This document shows positions 39,118 to 49,218 of a stretch of 64,000 nt of DNA, in pieces. Within the stretch, counting starts at the first letter, position 1. Each line of letters begins with the position of its first letter. The stretch comes from Candidatus Latescibacterota bacterium (GTDB taxonomy: Bacteria; Latescibacterota; UBA2968; GCA-2709665), in the NCBI GenBank assembly GCA_965219995.1, contig CBDCOX010000002.1, positions 1,472,001 to 1,536,000 on the forward strand. Direction: 5' to 3'. A program made the position numbers and the translations under genes. The notes under the pieces were generated by a model. The model searched no databases. It saw nothing but the letters and a program-made list of their open reading frames with translations, and was not told the origin of the DNA.

Positions 39118-39557
39118 GTTTGACCGGTCTCAAATTGAACGCGCGTATCATCTTCACCGACGATCGTGAACCCCAGCCTGCGGTAGAATGCGATACCACG
39201 GGTGTTGATCTTTAGTACCTGAAGGGTCACGGTCTTTTTCTGCGCACGGGCATCCGCGACAATGCGGTTCATGCAGGCTGTCCCAAACCCTTTGCCCTGG
39301 TACTCGGGGAGGATAAAGATCTGATGGACCCTGACCGAATCGGTTGTGGAGGACGTGGAAAAGTAACCGATGTCATTTGCTTGAAACCCGATAATTCGGA
39401 CATCCTGTGAAGCAAATCGCGCATCGTGCATTTTCCGCTGGCGGATATGGTCCCAACCCCAGACCTGGTCGACGTACTCCCTGAACGCCGCCTCTTTCAC
39501 GGCTAAGACGAAGTCGCTGTCCCCCTCGCACGCATGGCGAATGCTCAATCCATCCAT
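39114..39557 (-). CDS. GNAT N-acetyltransferase
   Basis: ILPEYQGKGFG, FYRRLGF; start placed downstream of the repeat. Confidence 0.87.
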   Translation of the reverse strand: MDGLSIRHACEGDSDFVLAVKEAAFREYVDQVWGWDHIRQRKMHDARFASQDVRIIGFQANDIGYFSTSSTTDSVRVHQIFILPEYQGKGFGTACMNRIVADARAQKKTVTLQVLKINTRGIAFYRRLGFTIVGEDDTRVQFETGQT

Positions 39558-39561
39558 AACA

Positions 39562-39735
39562 GCGTCGAAATCCCCCACCGCATCAGCCATCCCCGACCCT
39601 TCGACACGCTTCGACAAGCACAGGGACCGAACTCAGGGATCGGCTCGGCTTCTGCGACTCCCCCTCAAGGGGGGAGTGATCGGCCTGTCAATCGGGCACG
39701 CGCAATCACTTCCACCTATTTGGTTGCGGTTGAAC
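39562..39735. repeat. Composite palindromic repeat with nested CTTCGACAAG units (copy 2)
   Basis: Colinear with 9174-9348; supplies the stop codon of the upstream gene. Confidence 0.8.
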
Positions 39736-40306
39736 TACGCGAATCAACGATAGGACGTATCTCGACGACGCGAAAATCGGGGCGGGACATGGCGACCCAG
39801 GAAGGCAGACCCAACCGTCTCCATAGCGCGAACGGTTCAAATTCGGAAATGCGGCTGACAAACAGGCTCAACACCGTGCCATGCGTAACGATTGCGATAT
39901 TCTTGTGTCGAAACCGGTCTGAGAGTCCATTCACGGCATTCGAAAACCTGTCGTGCGCTTGATCTGCGGTCTCGTCGCCGAAGACCGGGTCCTTTGGTCG
40001 GGAGAAAAACCGCTCGATTGACCGCTCGAATCGCTCACTTTTCAGGAAGCCGACGTTGGCGCGCTCATGTTCGTGCAATCCCTCGACGATTTCTATCGGG
40101 ACGTCCAGCGCGCCAGCCGCGATTTCAGCCGTCTCCAAGGCCTTGGGTTCGGTGCTGCTGGCAACGAGATCCAGATTGTATCGATCCAATCGGTCACCAA
40201 GTTTTCGCGCACGCCGGCGCCCTTCGCAGGAAAGCCGCCATTCCCTTGAAGGTACGGACGGATCGATCTGCGGCAGCGAATGTTTCACAAGAATGAGCGT
40301 TTGCAT
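39716..40306 (-). CDS. Histidine phosphatase family protein
   Basis: LVKHS, SS.EPKA.ETA, GLHE, VTHGT. Confidence 0.82.
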   Translation of the reverse strand: MQTLILVKHSLPQIDPSVPSREWRLSCEGRRRARKLGDRLDRYNLDLVASSTEPKALETAEIAAGALDVPIEIVEGLHEHERANVGFLKSERFERSIERFFSRPKDPVFGDETADQAHDRFSNAVNGLSDRFRHKNIAIVTHGTVLSLFVSRISEFEPFALWRRLGLPSWVAMSRPDFRVVEIRPIVDSRSSTATK

Positions 40307-40350
40307 GAAGGCGCGATGGGATTGCCGAACACCTGTTGCGAGACCAAAAC

Positions 40351-40626
40351 CTACTTGAGGTTCAAAACCAGTTCCTTACCCAATGCCCTGGCGGCCTTTC
40401 TCAGCGTTGACAGCCGGATGTCTCCCGCGCGGTTTTCCAGGCGGGAAATCGCCGTTTTCTTTGTATGCATCAACCTGGCCAGCTGCTCCTGAGTCAGGCC
40501 GGCCTCCACCCGGGCCTGCCGAAGCAAGACACCGAATTCAAACTCCTTGTACCCTCCCTCAAAACCCTCTGCAAATTCAGGATCTGCCTTTTTTCGCCGC
40601 GCGATATACTCTTCGACATCACTCAT
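40351..40626 (-). CDS. XRE/HTH antitoxin
   Basis: LRQARVEAGLTQEQLA......TAISRLEN....RLSTL.KAA.ALG. Confidence 0.87.
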   Translation of the reverse strand: MSDVEEYIARRKKADPEFAEGFEGGYKEFEFGVLLRQARVEAGLTQEQLARLMHTKKTAISRLENRAGDIRLSTLRKAARALGKELVLNLK

Positions 40627-40688
40627 GACTCCCGCTCCCGGTGACGATTCATATAATCCCTCATGTAACTCTCCGCTCTTTTGATTTC
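40623..40688 (-). pseudogene. C-terminal remnant of a RelE/Gp49-like toxin
   Basis: EIKRAESYMRDYMNRHRERES-stop, with ATGA overlap onto the antitoxin start; in-frame stop just upstream. Confidence 0.5.
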
Positions 40689-40795
40689 TCAAGTATCCAT
40701 TTTTGAAGCCTCCTTAGAGTGTCCATGAAAGAGAATGAGTCTGAACACCCCGAAAGGGCGCTAACAAAGATAACATATTCGTTAACTTCAGGCAC

Positions 40796-40842
40796 CAAAA
40801 AAAACGCCGAATGAGATCCAGATAATTCCGGACATTCGGCGG
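40796..40842 (-). terminator. Rho-independent terminator after the NUDIX gene
   Basis: CGCCGAATG...CATTCGGCG stem followed by a T tract on the minus strand. Confidence 0.7.
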
Positions 40843-40868
40843 GTTGCGGCGCCTGACGAATTCTTCGT

Positions 40869-41354
40869 TCATTCGCCCAGGTCAGAGGGTCCATCGGGCG
40901 GCTCGTTCCCGGATAGTTTCTCCAGTAGAGAATGAAGATCGCGCGGCGAAAACGTCTCTTCAGACCTGCCGATGTCGTCGATCGACCACCAGCGGAACTC
41001 GCGGAAGGCCGATGCCTCGCCGCGCGCGGGATTCGCGTCCATGGACGGTTCGAAGGGGTCAGTCTGAACCCGATAGAAGTACTCGTTCTGGCTATATTCG
41101 CGGTTGTCCCACGTGAATTCGCACCGCCTCGTCCATACCCGTTGTCCCACTGAGAATCTCGTGGCGCCCGTCTCCTCCGCAACCTCCCTGCGAAGTGCGT
41201 CCTCGTCAGACTCACCGGGCTCGAGACCTCCGCCTGGAGTCACCCAAAACTCATTTCCGGATATGGGCTCCTGCACCCTCAGCAGCAGGACATTACGGTC
41301 CGGCGTCATCATCACCGCTCGTACGACTCGTCTTCTGATCATGGGTGTGTCCAT
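40869..41354 (-). CDS. NUDIX hydrolase
   Basis: PGGGLEPGESDEDALRREVAEETG. Confidence 0.9.
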   Translation of the reverse strand: MDTPMIRRRVVRAVMMTPDRNVLLLRVQEPISGNEFWVTPGGGLEPGESDEDALRREVAEETGATRFSVGQRVWTRRCEFTWDNREYSQNEYFYRVQTDPFEPSMDANPARGEASAFREFRWWSIDDIGRSEETFSPRDLHSLLEKLSGNEPPDGPSDLGE

Positions 41355-41385
41355 TCGATTATCCCCTCAACTCCCTACCCCGGGG

Positions 41386-41640
41386 GAGACGTTAGACGGG
41401 AGACGGTAGAGGATCACGTCGCGTCCACTGGATATCGACATGGCGTCGCGTCGTCAATTCATCAATGAGCGAAGGCATGTCTCTTGCAGGAATGGGTTTG
41501 TCGAGTGGATTGTCCGCATGTAGGCGACCTGTCAGGACGCGATGGATGAACCGCAGGCGGACCAACTCGTCTACCTTCTCACGTCTCACGTCTCACCGGT
41601 TTCAGGTCTTTCATCTCCCGTCTACCGGCTCCCGTCTCAA
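41386..41640. repeat. Inverted heptamer tracts enclosing copy 2 of the 51-bp repeat (41524-41574)
   Basis: agacgtt agacggg agacggt ... cgtctca cgtctca. Confidence 0.75.
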
Positions 41641-41711
41641 CGCCATTAGGGTACCCTTCCCCCTTCCCATCGGAAACAGGTAGAACGATGAGGTGTTATT
41701 CGGACACAGCA

Positions 41712-42815
41712 CTACACCAGCCCGAGGTCCTCATAGATGGCGCTGTTGGTCTCCCGGTTGCGCACCTGGTGGGCGCGTTCTCCCGGTGTGCCGTTGAAAA
41801 TGCATACGACAACCAGGCTAGCATCGGGGTCCACGAAGGCGATCGACGACTGATAACCCGCATTGCCAAAGGATCGGGGCGAGGCGTAGCGTCCGAACCC
41901 GTACGGGACCGATTCCTTGCCGTAGATGTTCGAGTTGACATAGAAGCCCAGTCCCATATCCACAACGTGACCCAGGATTTCGTCCCTCAAGCCGGTTCGA
42001 TGGCGGGCGGTAATCGCTTCGACGGTCTGGGGAAGAAGCAGTTGCATCCCTTTGAACGTGCCATTCCCGAGCAGCATCTCGTAGAATCGACCCAACTCCC
42101 TCGCCGGACCCCTTCCGCTGCCGCCAGGAACACATCGACCGATCGTTCGCTGCAGATCCACGCTGTAGTGCGACGGCTCTGGCGCTCCCCCGGCGGTATC
42201 GTACATCAATCCGATCCGGTCCCGGTTCGCCTGATAGGTTGACGGATCCATCGAGAGGCTGCAGTTGGGCATATCGAGCGGCTCGAAAATCTCGTGATGG
42301 ACGTAGCTGTCGAAGGCCCTGCCGCTCTTTCGGGAGACGATCTCGGCAAGCACGAACCAGGCATTCGCCACGTCATATCTCGCCTGCCGCCCCGGCAGCC
42401 AGTCGTCTCGCAGGGGTGCATCGCAGATGGCTGCGACGATCTCGTCCCATGAAGATTCCGACCACGCGACGTCCACCGAGCCGATCCCGCCGGTGTGTGT
42501 CAACAGGTGCCGAAACTTCAGACCCGATTTCCCGCCGGCCCCGAAGTCCGGCAGGTGGAGGCAGACTGGATCGTCGATCTCGATCTGACCCTGCTCCCAC
42601 ATTTGAGCGACGGCAACCGCGGTGATACCCTTCGTCAACGACATCCAGACGGTCATCGTATCACTCGTCATCCCACGGGTCGTCGTCGCGTTCCCGACGG
42701 CCGCGTCTGCGACGACATTACCCTCCATAGACACGTAGAGTTGGGCACCCAAATGGAGGCCATCTCTGACGCCAGCATGAAGTAGATCAACGGTCCGTGT
42801 CAGCGATACACCCAT
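41712..42815 (-). CDS. Serine hydrolase (beta-lactamase class C-like)
   Basis: SLTK (SxxK), RHLLTHTGG, AFVDP. Confidence 0.88.
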   Translation of the reverse strand: MGVSLTRTVDLLHAGVRDGLHLGAQLYVSMEGNVVADAAVGNATTTRGMTSDTMTVWMSLTKGITAVAVAQMWEQGQIEIDDPVCLHLPDFGAGGKSGLKFRHLLTHTGGIGSVDVAWSESSWDEIVAAICDAPLRDDWLPGRQARYDVANAWFVLAEIVSRKSGRAFDSYVHHEIFEPLDMPNCSLSMDPSTYQANRDRIGLMYDTAGGAPEPSHYSVDLQRTIGRCVPGGSGRGPARELGRFYEMLLGNGTFKGMQLLLPQTVEAITARHRTGLRDEILGHVVDMGLGFYVNSNIYGKESVPYGFGRYASPRSFGNAGYQSSIAFVDPDASLVVVCIFNGTPGERAHQVRNRETNSAIYEDLGLV

Positions 42816-42843
42816 CGGCCCTCCATGTCCCGAAAGCGCAAGA

Positions 42844-44748
42844 TCAGCACCGGTGCAGGTCCGGATCCTCCACGGCCTCGTAGACCACGCCGCCCTCGAC
42901 GTTGCGCGGCATGGGCGCGCCGGTGAGATAGCAGACGGTGGGCGCCACGTCGATAACGCGCACCTGCCGCTCGAGCGGTCCCGCCGAACGCACGCCCGCG
43001 CCCGCGGCGATGAAGGTCGAGTGCTGGCCGGCCATGCCGAAGGCCACCGACGGCAACTGCTTGCCATGGGCGCCGTCGAACTCCGGGCGCAGCGCGTACA
43101 CCACGTCGCCCACACGGTCCGACCAAAGGTTCACCATCTCCGCGTCCTCCCGGGTAAGGGCAAGGGCGAAGGTCCGCCGCCCCGTCTCCGGATCCTCGTA
43201 ATCGTGCAGCGCCTGGATGATATCCTTGCAGACCGCTTCGTAGTCCGCGGGATCGACGATGCCGCCAGGCTCCCTCCCCTTCAGGTTCACGAAGATGTGC
43301 ACGAGACCCACGTCCGCCGCCCGGGTGCGCGTCCAGTCGATGCGCCGGTCGGGGCCGTCGCCCACGTACTTCAGGAAACCGGCCTGCTCCAGCACCGAGG
43401 CGACGTTGACGACGGTGTGCCGCTGCGAGGTGCCGCCGTGGTCGGAGACCACGAAGAAGGCCGTATCGTCCCCCGCCAGCCGGCGAAGCCGGCCGATCCA
43501 GCGGTCGATGGAGGCGTAGGTACGCTCCACCCCCTCGCGGCAGCGCCGCTGCACCTCCGGCGGAGCCCCGGAGTGAGGATCGGCTGCGCGCAGGAAGAAA
43601 TGGCTCGTATAGTCCGATGCGTGCGTCTCCGTCATCAGCAGGTCCCAGTCCCTCGAGCCGGCGAGGTATTCGGCCACGTCGGCCAGGCGCTGGTGGTGGA
43701 ACTCGAGCAGTTCGAAGTACGTGTCGTCGTCAATCAGGCCCAGGGCGTCGCGGCCCGGGTTCTGCAGGAAGTTGCCCACGTGTTGGTCGATGTCACCGGC
43801 CGCGGAGGCGGGTTTCGTATACCCGTCGGGCGGCCAGATCTGGGGAATGAACAGCTCGAAGGCGTCTGCCCCGGGCGTCAGCGTAATCAGCTTCGCCCGC
43901 ACGTACCCGCGCACCTTCCCGCCGTCGATCTCGAACGGGTCCAGCCACCAGTCGCTCCACTCCCCTACCGCCAGATCGGCAATCGGCCGGGCGGCGTCCT
44001 TCGACCGGCACAGGCGCACCCGGTCGTAGCCGTTGGCGCCGCTGGCGTAGATCAGTGCGTGCAGCGGCACGGGGACGCCCTCACTCCCCCGGTTCATGCC
44101 CTCGCGGCCCCTCGTCAGGGGCTGGATGGTAAGCACTGTCTCTTTCGCCGGCAGCCTTGAATCGGGCGTTCCGGTCCAGCCCGCGGCGTCGACCAGGGTC
44201 ACGGGATCGAACTCGCGAACCCCCTGCAAGGCGCTCGGGTCCAGGGTCTCAGGATCCCGCTGGGCTTCGAGCCGCCTCGGCGCCCACTTGCCGCCCACGA
44301 AGAGGTGATAGCCCGCCACCTGGTGGTGGTTGGAAACGCCGGGACCCGTGCCCTCCACCTGCACCCCCGAGCGGACCGTGGGGGGCCACGACATCTCCCA
44401 CTTCACCAGGATCGGCGTCTTCCCGCCGCGCTCGAACGCGTTCCAGATGTACTCCGAGCGCGAGAGGGAGGTGTCGATGCCCCAAAGCGTGCGGTCCAGC
44501 GGCTGGCCCACGTGGCGGATGTTGAAGTCCAGGATCCCGTGGGTGCCCGGCCACGAGCCGGTGGACAGCGCCGTCCAGCCCGGCGGCGTGAGGGTGGGAA
44601 AGACGCCGACCATCGGCCGCCACGCACCCGCCTCCATCAGCGCGCGCACGTTGGGCATGTGGCCGGCATCGGCCATGTTCTTCACCAGTTCCATGCTGGC
44701 GCCGTCCATGCCGGCGACGATGGCGCGTCTCGCGGGAGCCGTACTCAT
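42844..44748 (-). CDS. Alkaline phosphatase superfamily (nucleotide pyrophosphatase/phosphodiesterase-like)
   Basis: GMDGAS, PTLTPPGWTALSTG..PGTHG, VSDHG, DVAPT. Confidence 0.88.
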   Translation of the reverse strand: MSTAPARRAIVAGMDGASMELVKNMADAGHMPNVRALMEAGAWRPMVGVFPTLTPPGWTALSTGSWPGTHGILDFNIRHVGQPLDRTLWGIDTSLSRSEYIWNAFERGGKTPILVKWEMSWPPTVRSGVQVEGTGPGVSNHHQVAGYHLFVGGKWAPRRLEAQRDPETLDPSALQGVREFDPVTLVDAAGWTGTPDSRLPAKETVLTIQPLTRGREGMNRGSEGVPVPLHALIYASGANGYDRVRLCRSKDAARPIADLAVGEWSDWWLDPFEIDGGKVRGYVRAKLITLTPGADAFELFIPQIWPPDGYTKPASAAGDIDQHVGNFLQNPGRDALGLIDDDTYFELLEFHHQRLADVAEYLAGSRDWDLLMTETHASDYTSHFFLRAADPHSGAPPEVQRRCREGVERTYASIDRWIGRLRRLAGDDTAFFVVSDHGGTSQRHTVVNVASVLEQAGFLKYVGDGPDRRIDWTRTRAADVGLVHIFVNLKGREPGGIVDPADYEAVCKDIIQALHDYEDPETGRRTFALALTREDAEMVNLWSDRVGDVVYALRPEFDGAHGKQLPSVAFGMAGQHSTFIAAGAGVRSAGPLERQVRVIDVAPTVCYLTGAPMPRNVEGGVVYEAVEDPDLHRC

Positions 44749-44803
44749 GGGATCTCTCCTGACGTGTAAGTTATGAGGTGAGCGGCGGAGCGGGTGGAAC
44801 TCC

Positions 44804-45874
44804 CTATGGAAGACGAGGTATGACCTCTTTCGCCATCAACTCCATCGAGCGCTTCATCTTCTCTTTGTCGTCCCAGTCGTGGCCGATCATCAGCACCGTG
44901 CCGAAACCGCCGGTGACGTCGTACAGCTCCTGCAGGCGTCTGGTTACCGTGTCGGGACCGCCGACGATGGCAATCTCGTCGATGATGTACGAGCGGCTGA
45001 CGTCCGCATCGGACATCTCCGGGTTCATCTTGGGAAGGTCGAGCATACTGGCCATTTCGAGCATGCCGCGGAGGTACACCAGCGAATCGGCGAATGCGCC
45101 GTTGAAGGCGTGCTCGCGAGCCTCGGCATCGGTCTCGCCCACGCAGATGCTTCGCGAAATCCGCCAGTCGTTTCGGTCCGGCTCGCGACGCCCCGCTTCC
45201 GCTGCGCCTTCGCAGACCATCTCCCACTGACGTTTCACCTTATGCGCCGGCGCCATATTGATGCTGATCGGCAGGAACCCGCGCCTGCCGGCTGTGGTGG
45301 CCGCCATCGATTCTTCCTTGACGATGCTCATGGCGATGGGCGGGTGGGGCTTCTGATACGGTTTCAATACCTCGCCCAACCCGAGTTCCGGCACTCTCGC
45401 GGCCATCGCGACATTCCAGAAATCGCCGTTGAACTCGAACGGGCCGTCTTCGGTCCAGAGTTTCAGGACGATTTCCATCGCCTCGAGATTCATCAGCCCC
45501 TGGGTGCGTGGGTCCGGCAAATCGAACAGTGGCCAGTCGGTGGGTACGCCCCCCTGTCCGAAGCCAACGTTGATGCGCCCCCGGGACAGGTGATCGAGAT
45601 AAGCGAGGCGGACTGCCACGTTGGCCGGATGATGCTGCGTCATGATGGTGACGCCCGTGCCCAGGCGGATCCTCTCCGTCTGCGGCAGGACGTGGGCGAT
45701 GAAGACGTCGTTGGCGGGAATCGGCTCCCACATCGCGGTATGGTGCTGGCCGATCCAGGCCTCGGCGAATCCGAGCTCCTCGGCCCACAGTACACACTCG
45801 ATATCTTCTTCGAATGTCTGCGTGCGGTTCTTCTGCGGCGGATGCAGCGGCATCATGAACGTACCGAGTTTCAT
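44804..45874 (-). CDS. LLM-class flavin-dependent oxidoreductase
   Basis: MKLGTFMMPLHPP, AEELGF.EAWIG.HH, IRLGTGV, PYQKPHPPI. Confidence 0.9.
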   Translation of the reverse strand: MKLGTFMMPLHPPQKNRTQTFEEDIECVLWAEELGFAEAWIGQHHTAMWEPIPANDVFIAHVLPQTERIRLGTGVTIMTQHHPANVAVRLAYLDHLSRGRINVGFGQGGVPTDWPLFDLPDPRTQGLMNLEAMEIVLKLWTEDGPFEFNGDFWNVAMAARVPELGLGEVLKPYQKPHPPIAMSIVKEESMAATTAGRRGFLPISINMAPAHKVKRQWEMVCEGAAEAGRREPDRNDWRISRSICVGETDAEAREHAFNGAFADSLVYLRGMLEMASMLDLPKMNPEMSDADVSRSYIIDEIAIVGGPDTVTRRLQELYDVTGGFGTVLMIGHDWDDKEKMKRSMELMAKEVIPRLP

Positions 45875-45937
45875 TTCTCATTCTCCCGAACAGTTTGAAT
45901 TAACCTCAATTGGGAAATGGATAACCGCTAAATTGGC

Positions 45938-45964
45938 CACAAAAAGCACAAAAGACACAAAAGG
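45938..45964 (+). repeat. 9-mer tandem repeat (CACAAAARR)x3
   Basis: cacaaaaag cacaaaaga cacaaaagg. Confidence 0.65.
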
Positions 45965-46080
45965 TACCGGTGCGAAACAGCGTGTGTCGTAACGCGGTGA
46001 CCCTGAAGGTAACCCCGTGGCATCCAGATATATGTCCTGTCACAGGATAGCTGTTCTTGTGCCTTTCACTGTTGTCCGGC

Positions 46081-46974
46081 TTACCGTTTGTCCTCGTCGA
46101 CCGTGTCATTTCCCGGCTTTCGCAGGCTTTCAAAAACCGCGGCGGACAGGATGATCAGGCCGCCGATGATTTCCCTCTCGGACGGAATGGCGGCCAGCAG
46201 GATGATCGCGATGATCACGCCGTATACGGTTTCCAGCGCGAGCGTGACGCCGACAACTTTACCGGAAAGGTGACGCTGGCTGTTGACGAACAGAATCCTT
46301 GCGAATCCCGTCAGCACGACCCCAAGCGCCACAACGAGCAGGAGGTCCCTGGTACCGGGCAATTCAAAAAGGGTTCCATTGTAAATCATAAACGGGAGGA
46401 GGAGCAGGCCCGCGATGCCCATTTCATAGGCTGAAATATCCCAGCTATTGTACCTGTCGATAATCCGTTTCTTGCGCATCAGGATGAAGAGCGGGAGCAT
46501 GGCGCCGGAGGCCACGCCATACAGAACCCCCTGAAAATTCGCATCGGACAAATCGAAATCCGGCGCCAGGCAGTAGACTCCGATCAGTACCGCGACCGCA
46601 CTGGCGAAGTCGACGGCCCGCAGTCTGACGTTGAAGAACATGCTTTCGAGGAACACCATCAGTACCGGGTAGGTATACGTCGTCACCAGGCCGATTGCGA
46701 CCGTCGAGACCCTGATCGACTGGAAGAAGAGCACCCAGTGGACCGAAAGCAGGCCGGCGATCGCCGAAAAGGTCGCGAGGTCGTTCCAACTCTTGATCGG
46801 GCTGCGGCTCTTCAGACGCCTGGCGATGACGAAAATGACGACCGCCGCCAGAGACGTCCGCCAGAACACGATCTCGTATGGATCGAGCTCGACCGCTTTT
46901 CCGAGCGGCGCGATGAATCCATACAGGAGCGTCGCAACGTGCACTTCAATCAGCGCACGTGACCTATCCGTCAT
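46081..46974 (-). CDS. DMT/EamA family transporter
   Basis: About 10 hydrophobic helices in two EamA repeats. Confidence 0.87.
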   Translation of the reverse strand: MTDRSRALIEVHVATLLYGFIAPLGKAVELDPYEIVFWRTSLAAVVIFVIARRLKSRSPIKSWNDLATFSAIAGLLSVHWVLFFQSIRVSTVAIGLVTTYTYPVLMVFLESMFFNVRLRAVDFASAVAVLIGVYCLAPDFDLSDANFQGVLYGVASGAMLPLFILMRKKRIIDRYNSWDISAYEMGIAGLLLLPFMIYNGTLFELPGTRDLLLVVALGVVLTGFARILFVNSQRHLSGKVVGVTLALETVYGVIIAIILLAAIPSEREIIGGLIILSAAVFESLRKPGNDTVDEDKR

Positions 46975-47058
46975 CTGTCAACCTTGCCTCGCCGATGATA
47001 TACCCGTCTTCGCGTGCACCGGGGATAGCCGGACGGTCGTGTCCTTGCATATCCGCGT

Positions 47059-47526
47059 TCAGGCGGGACTCCCCTTCTTTAGAGTATACCTGACTTCCTC
47101 GTAACCGTCCTTCAACTCGACTTCACCTCTCTTCCAGCCGAGATGTTCATAGAACCCTTCAGCGCGGGTGTTCGTTTCGGTGTCCAACCAGATCTCCCGG
47201 GCTCCATTTTCCCACAGCCATTCAACCGCAGCGTCCATCAGTCTCCGGCCGGTCCCGCGGCCTTCGTATGACGGCCGAACGAAAAGGGCCCAGATCGACC
47301 CGGAGTTGACATTTGCAATACAAAATCCGACGATTTGGCCGTTTGCCTCCGCTACCCAGCACCTGGCGTCAGTCCGCAGCAAGGAGGCGACGCGCTCAGG
47401 CGTGATTCCGGACGCCTTCAGTTCAACAGCCGTCATCACGTTCTCCGTCGTCGCCGTGCGAATCTCAAATGTAGCGGGAATATCGCCTGGATCGGCCTCG
47501 CGGATGACAATCGCATTCGTAGTCAA
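47059..47526 (-). CDS. GNAT N-acetyltransferase
   Basis: LFVRPSYEGRGTG, FYEHLGW. Confidence 0.88.
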   Translation of the reverse strand: MTTNAIVIREADPGDIPATFEIRTATTENVMTAVELKASGITPERVASLLRTDARCWVAEANGQIVGFCIANVNSGSIWALFVRPSYEGRGTGRRLMDAAVEWLWENGAREIWLDTETNTRAEGFYEHLGWKRGEVELKDGYEEVRYTLKKGSPA

Positions 47527-47591
47527 GTCGACTCTCCACGGTTGCCATACATATTTGTGTTTACCAATATTCCTTCTCGCTGATCCCCCAT

Positions 47592-48251
47592 TCAGCTGTA
47601 AATCCCGATCGTCAGCCGCCGCACCTTCGCCGAGGCCTCGCCATCCGCGAGCAGGGCCGTCCGGATTGCGGGGGCCAACACCTGGTCTGCCGGAAAGCCC
47701 TCCGGACCGCAGGAGACGTACGAATATCCGAGGTGCGCCTGGGCGGTTCTGGACTCGCTGTTTGCAATGACGGCCAGGTCTACGTCCTCGATCACCGTCC
47801 CGTCGCCGGAAATCTGCCCGTCGCCGCCTTCGGCGAAGAGGACCCTCTCACCATCCGAGTTTCCGTTCCGCAGCAAAAGCCGCACGCGGCCCTCCTCCGC
47901 CACGCCGGCGTCGCCAGGCACGGCTCCCAACTGTATCGCAGAGTTCCCATCCAGGTGCGACCCGAGTCCCAGGGTCAATTCCGCCGGCCCCGCCACGGTC
48001 ACCCCGACCGCTTCCAACTCCAGCACCTTCACCACGGACGTGCTCAGCGGGGCTCCCCGAAGGGTCACGCCGTCGCCGGCCCTTCCCCTGGCGACCATCG
48101 CATAGTGGCTCCCGTAGAGGTCCGTGTAATCGGCCGTGGACGCCGTGGACGATCCGGTCAGCGTTTCGTTCAGCCAGTCGGGGAGGCCGTGGGTGAAGTT
48201 GACCTCCTCGACCTCCGCGTGATACGTCGTTCGCAACAATCGCCGGTTCAT
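47592..48251 (-). CDS. Hypothetical protein
   Basis: ATG with GGAG RBS, co-oriented with neighbours; no recognised motif. Confidence 0.65.
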   Translation of the reverse strand: MNRRLLRTTYHAEVEEVNFTHGLPDWLNETLTGSSTASTADYTDLYGSHYAMVARGRAGDGVTLRGAPLSTSVVKVLELEAVGVTVAGPAELTLGLGSHLDGNSAIQLGAVPGDAGVAEEGRVRLLLRNGNSDGERVLFAEGGDGQISGDGTVIEDVDLAVIANSESRTAQAHLGYSYVSCGPEGFPADQVLAPAIRTALLADGEASAKVRRLTIGIYS

Positions 48252-48306
48252 GGTTTATCTCCCGCCATACTATTGTCCGAGTTCGAAATGCGCGGCTTCC
48301 CGATCT

Positions 48307-49218
48307 CTACTTCCACTCGATGACCGCCGCGTTGATCCCGCCACACAAGAGATAGAGCTTGTCCTCGTGAAACACCGGAAACGGCCAGTGTCCGGAATCC
48401 AGGATGCGCCCCATATCCTCGTAGGGTCCCGTCACGTCGAAGCCCTCGGAAAGCGCGCCCGAGAGCCCTCGATCATCGTTGAAGAGCATCAACCAGCGGC
48501 CCCATAGCCGGACGAGGATCGACGCGAACGGCCCCCGGCTGCCAGGCATATTCCCCATAAGCGGTTTCTTCGACAGCCGCCAGTGGATCCCGTCGTCGCT
48601 CAACGCCAGGCCGGCCACGGTCGTCACGCCGTCCGCCTGCGCGTTCCACCCGAGCCCGTTCCCCTGAAACGTCCCGATGAACATGGGACCGTCCTTCACC
48701 ACCCGGACGTAGCTCACGCTCTGGCCGTACCAGTGGTTCTTGCGGTTGGGATGCGTCGTCATGATCGGGAACACCTTCTGCTCGAAATGCACGCCGTCCC
48801 TCGACGTCGCCAGCGCGGTCGGCTGCCTGCCGCTCGTGTGTACGCCATGGAAATACATGTACACCTCCCCGTCGTGAACTACGGCCGAGGGAGATGAGAT
48901 GTGCTTCGTGAACGACGTCGCCGAGAGTTCGAGTACGGCCGTCCGCCACGTCCAAGGTCCGAGCGGATGTCCGGCCGTCGCCAGCCAGATTTCGGAGCCG
49001 TCATGCGTCGCAACGTAGGCATAGTAAGCGTCGATCGGGTTCGGAAGTACGTCCGCCGTCGGTAGCACCGAGATGTACGTCGCGTCCTGCCCCGCGAACT
49101 CCTGGTCGTCGGTCGCCGTCAGGACCGGATTCCCCTCGTAATGCACCGCCCTCGGAAGGTGGAACGACATCTGTCCCGCCGCGGCCGCCGCCGTGAACTG
49201 TGATGGAAAGGTCTTCAT
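48307..49218 (-). CDS. Beta-propeller glycoside-hydrolase-like protein
   Basis: NPVL, LATA.HPLGPW, YMYFHG, LATSRDGVHF, LALSDDGIHW blade repeats. Confidence 0.72.
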   Translation of the reverse strand: MKTFPSQFTAAAAAGQMSFHLPRAVHYEGNPVLTATDDQEFAGQDATYISVLPTADVLPNPIDAYYAYVATHDGSEIWLATAGHPLGPWTWRTAVLELSATSFTKHISSPSAVVHDGEVYMYFHGVHTSGRQPTALATSRDGVHFEQKVFPIMTTHPNRKNHWYGQSVSYVRVVKDGPMFIGTFQGNGLGWNAQADGVTTVAGLALSDDGIHWRLSKKPLMGNMPGSRGPFASILVRLWGRWLMLFNDDRGLSGALSEGFDVTGPYEDMGRILDSGHWPFPVFHEDKLYLLCGGINAAVIEWK

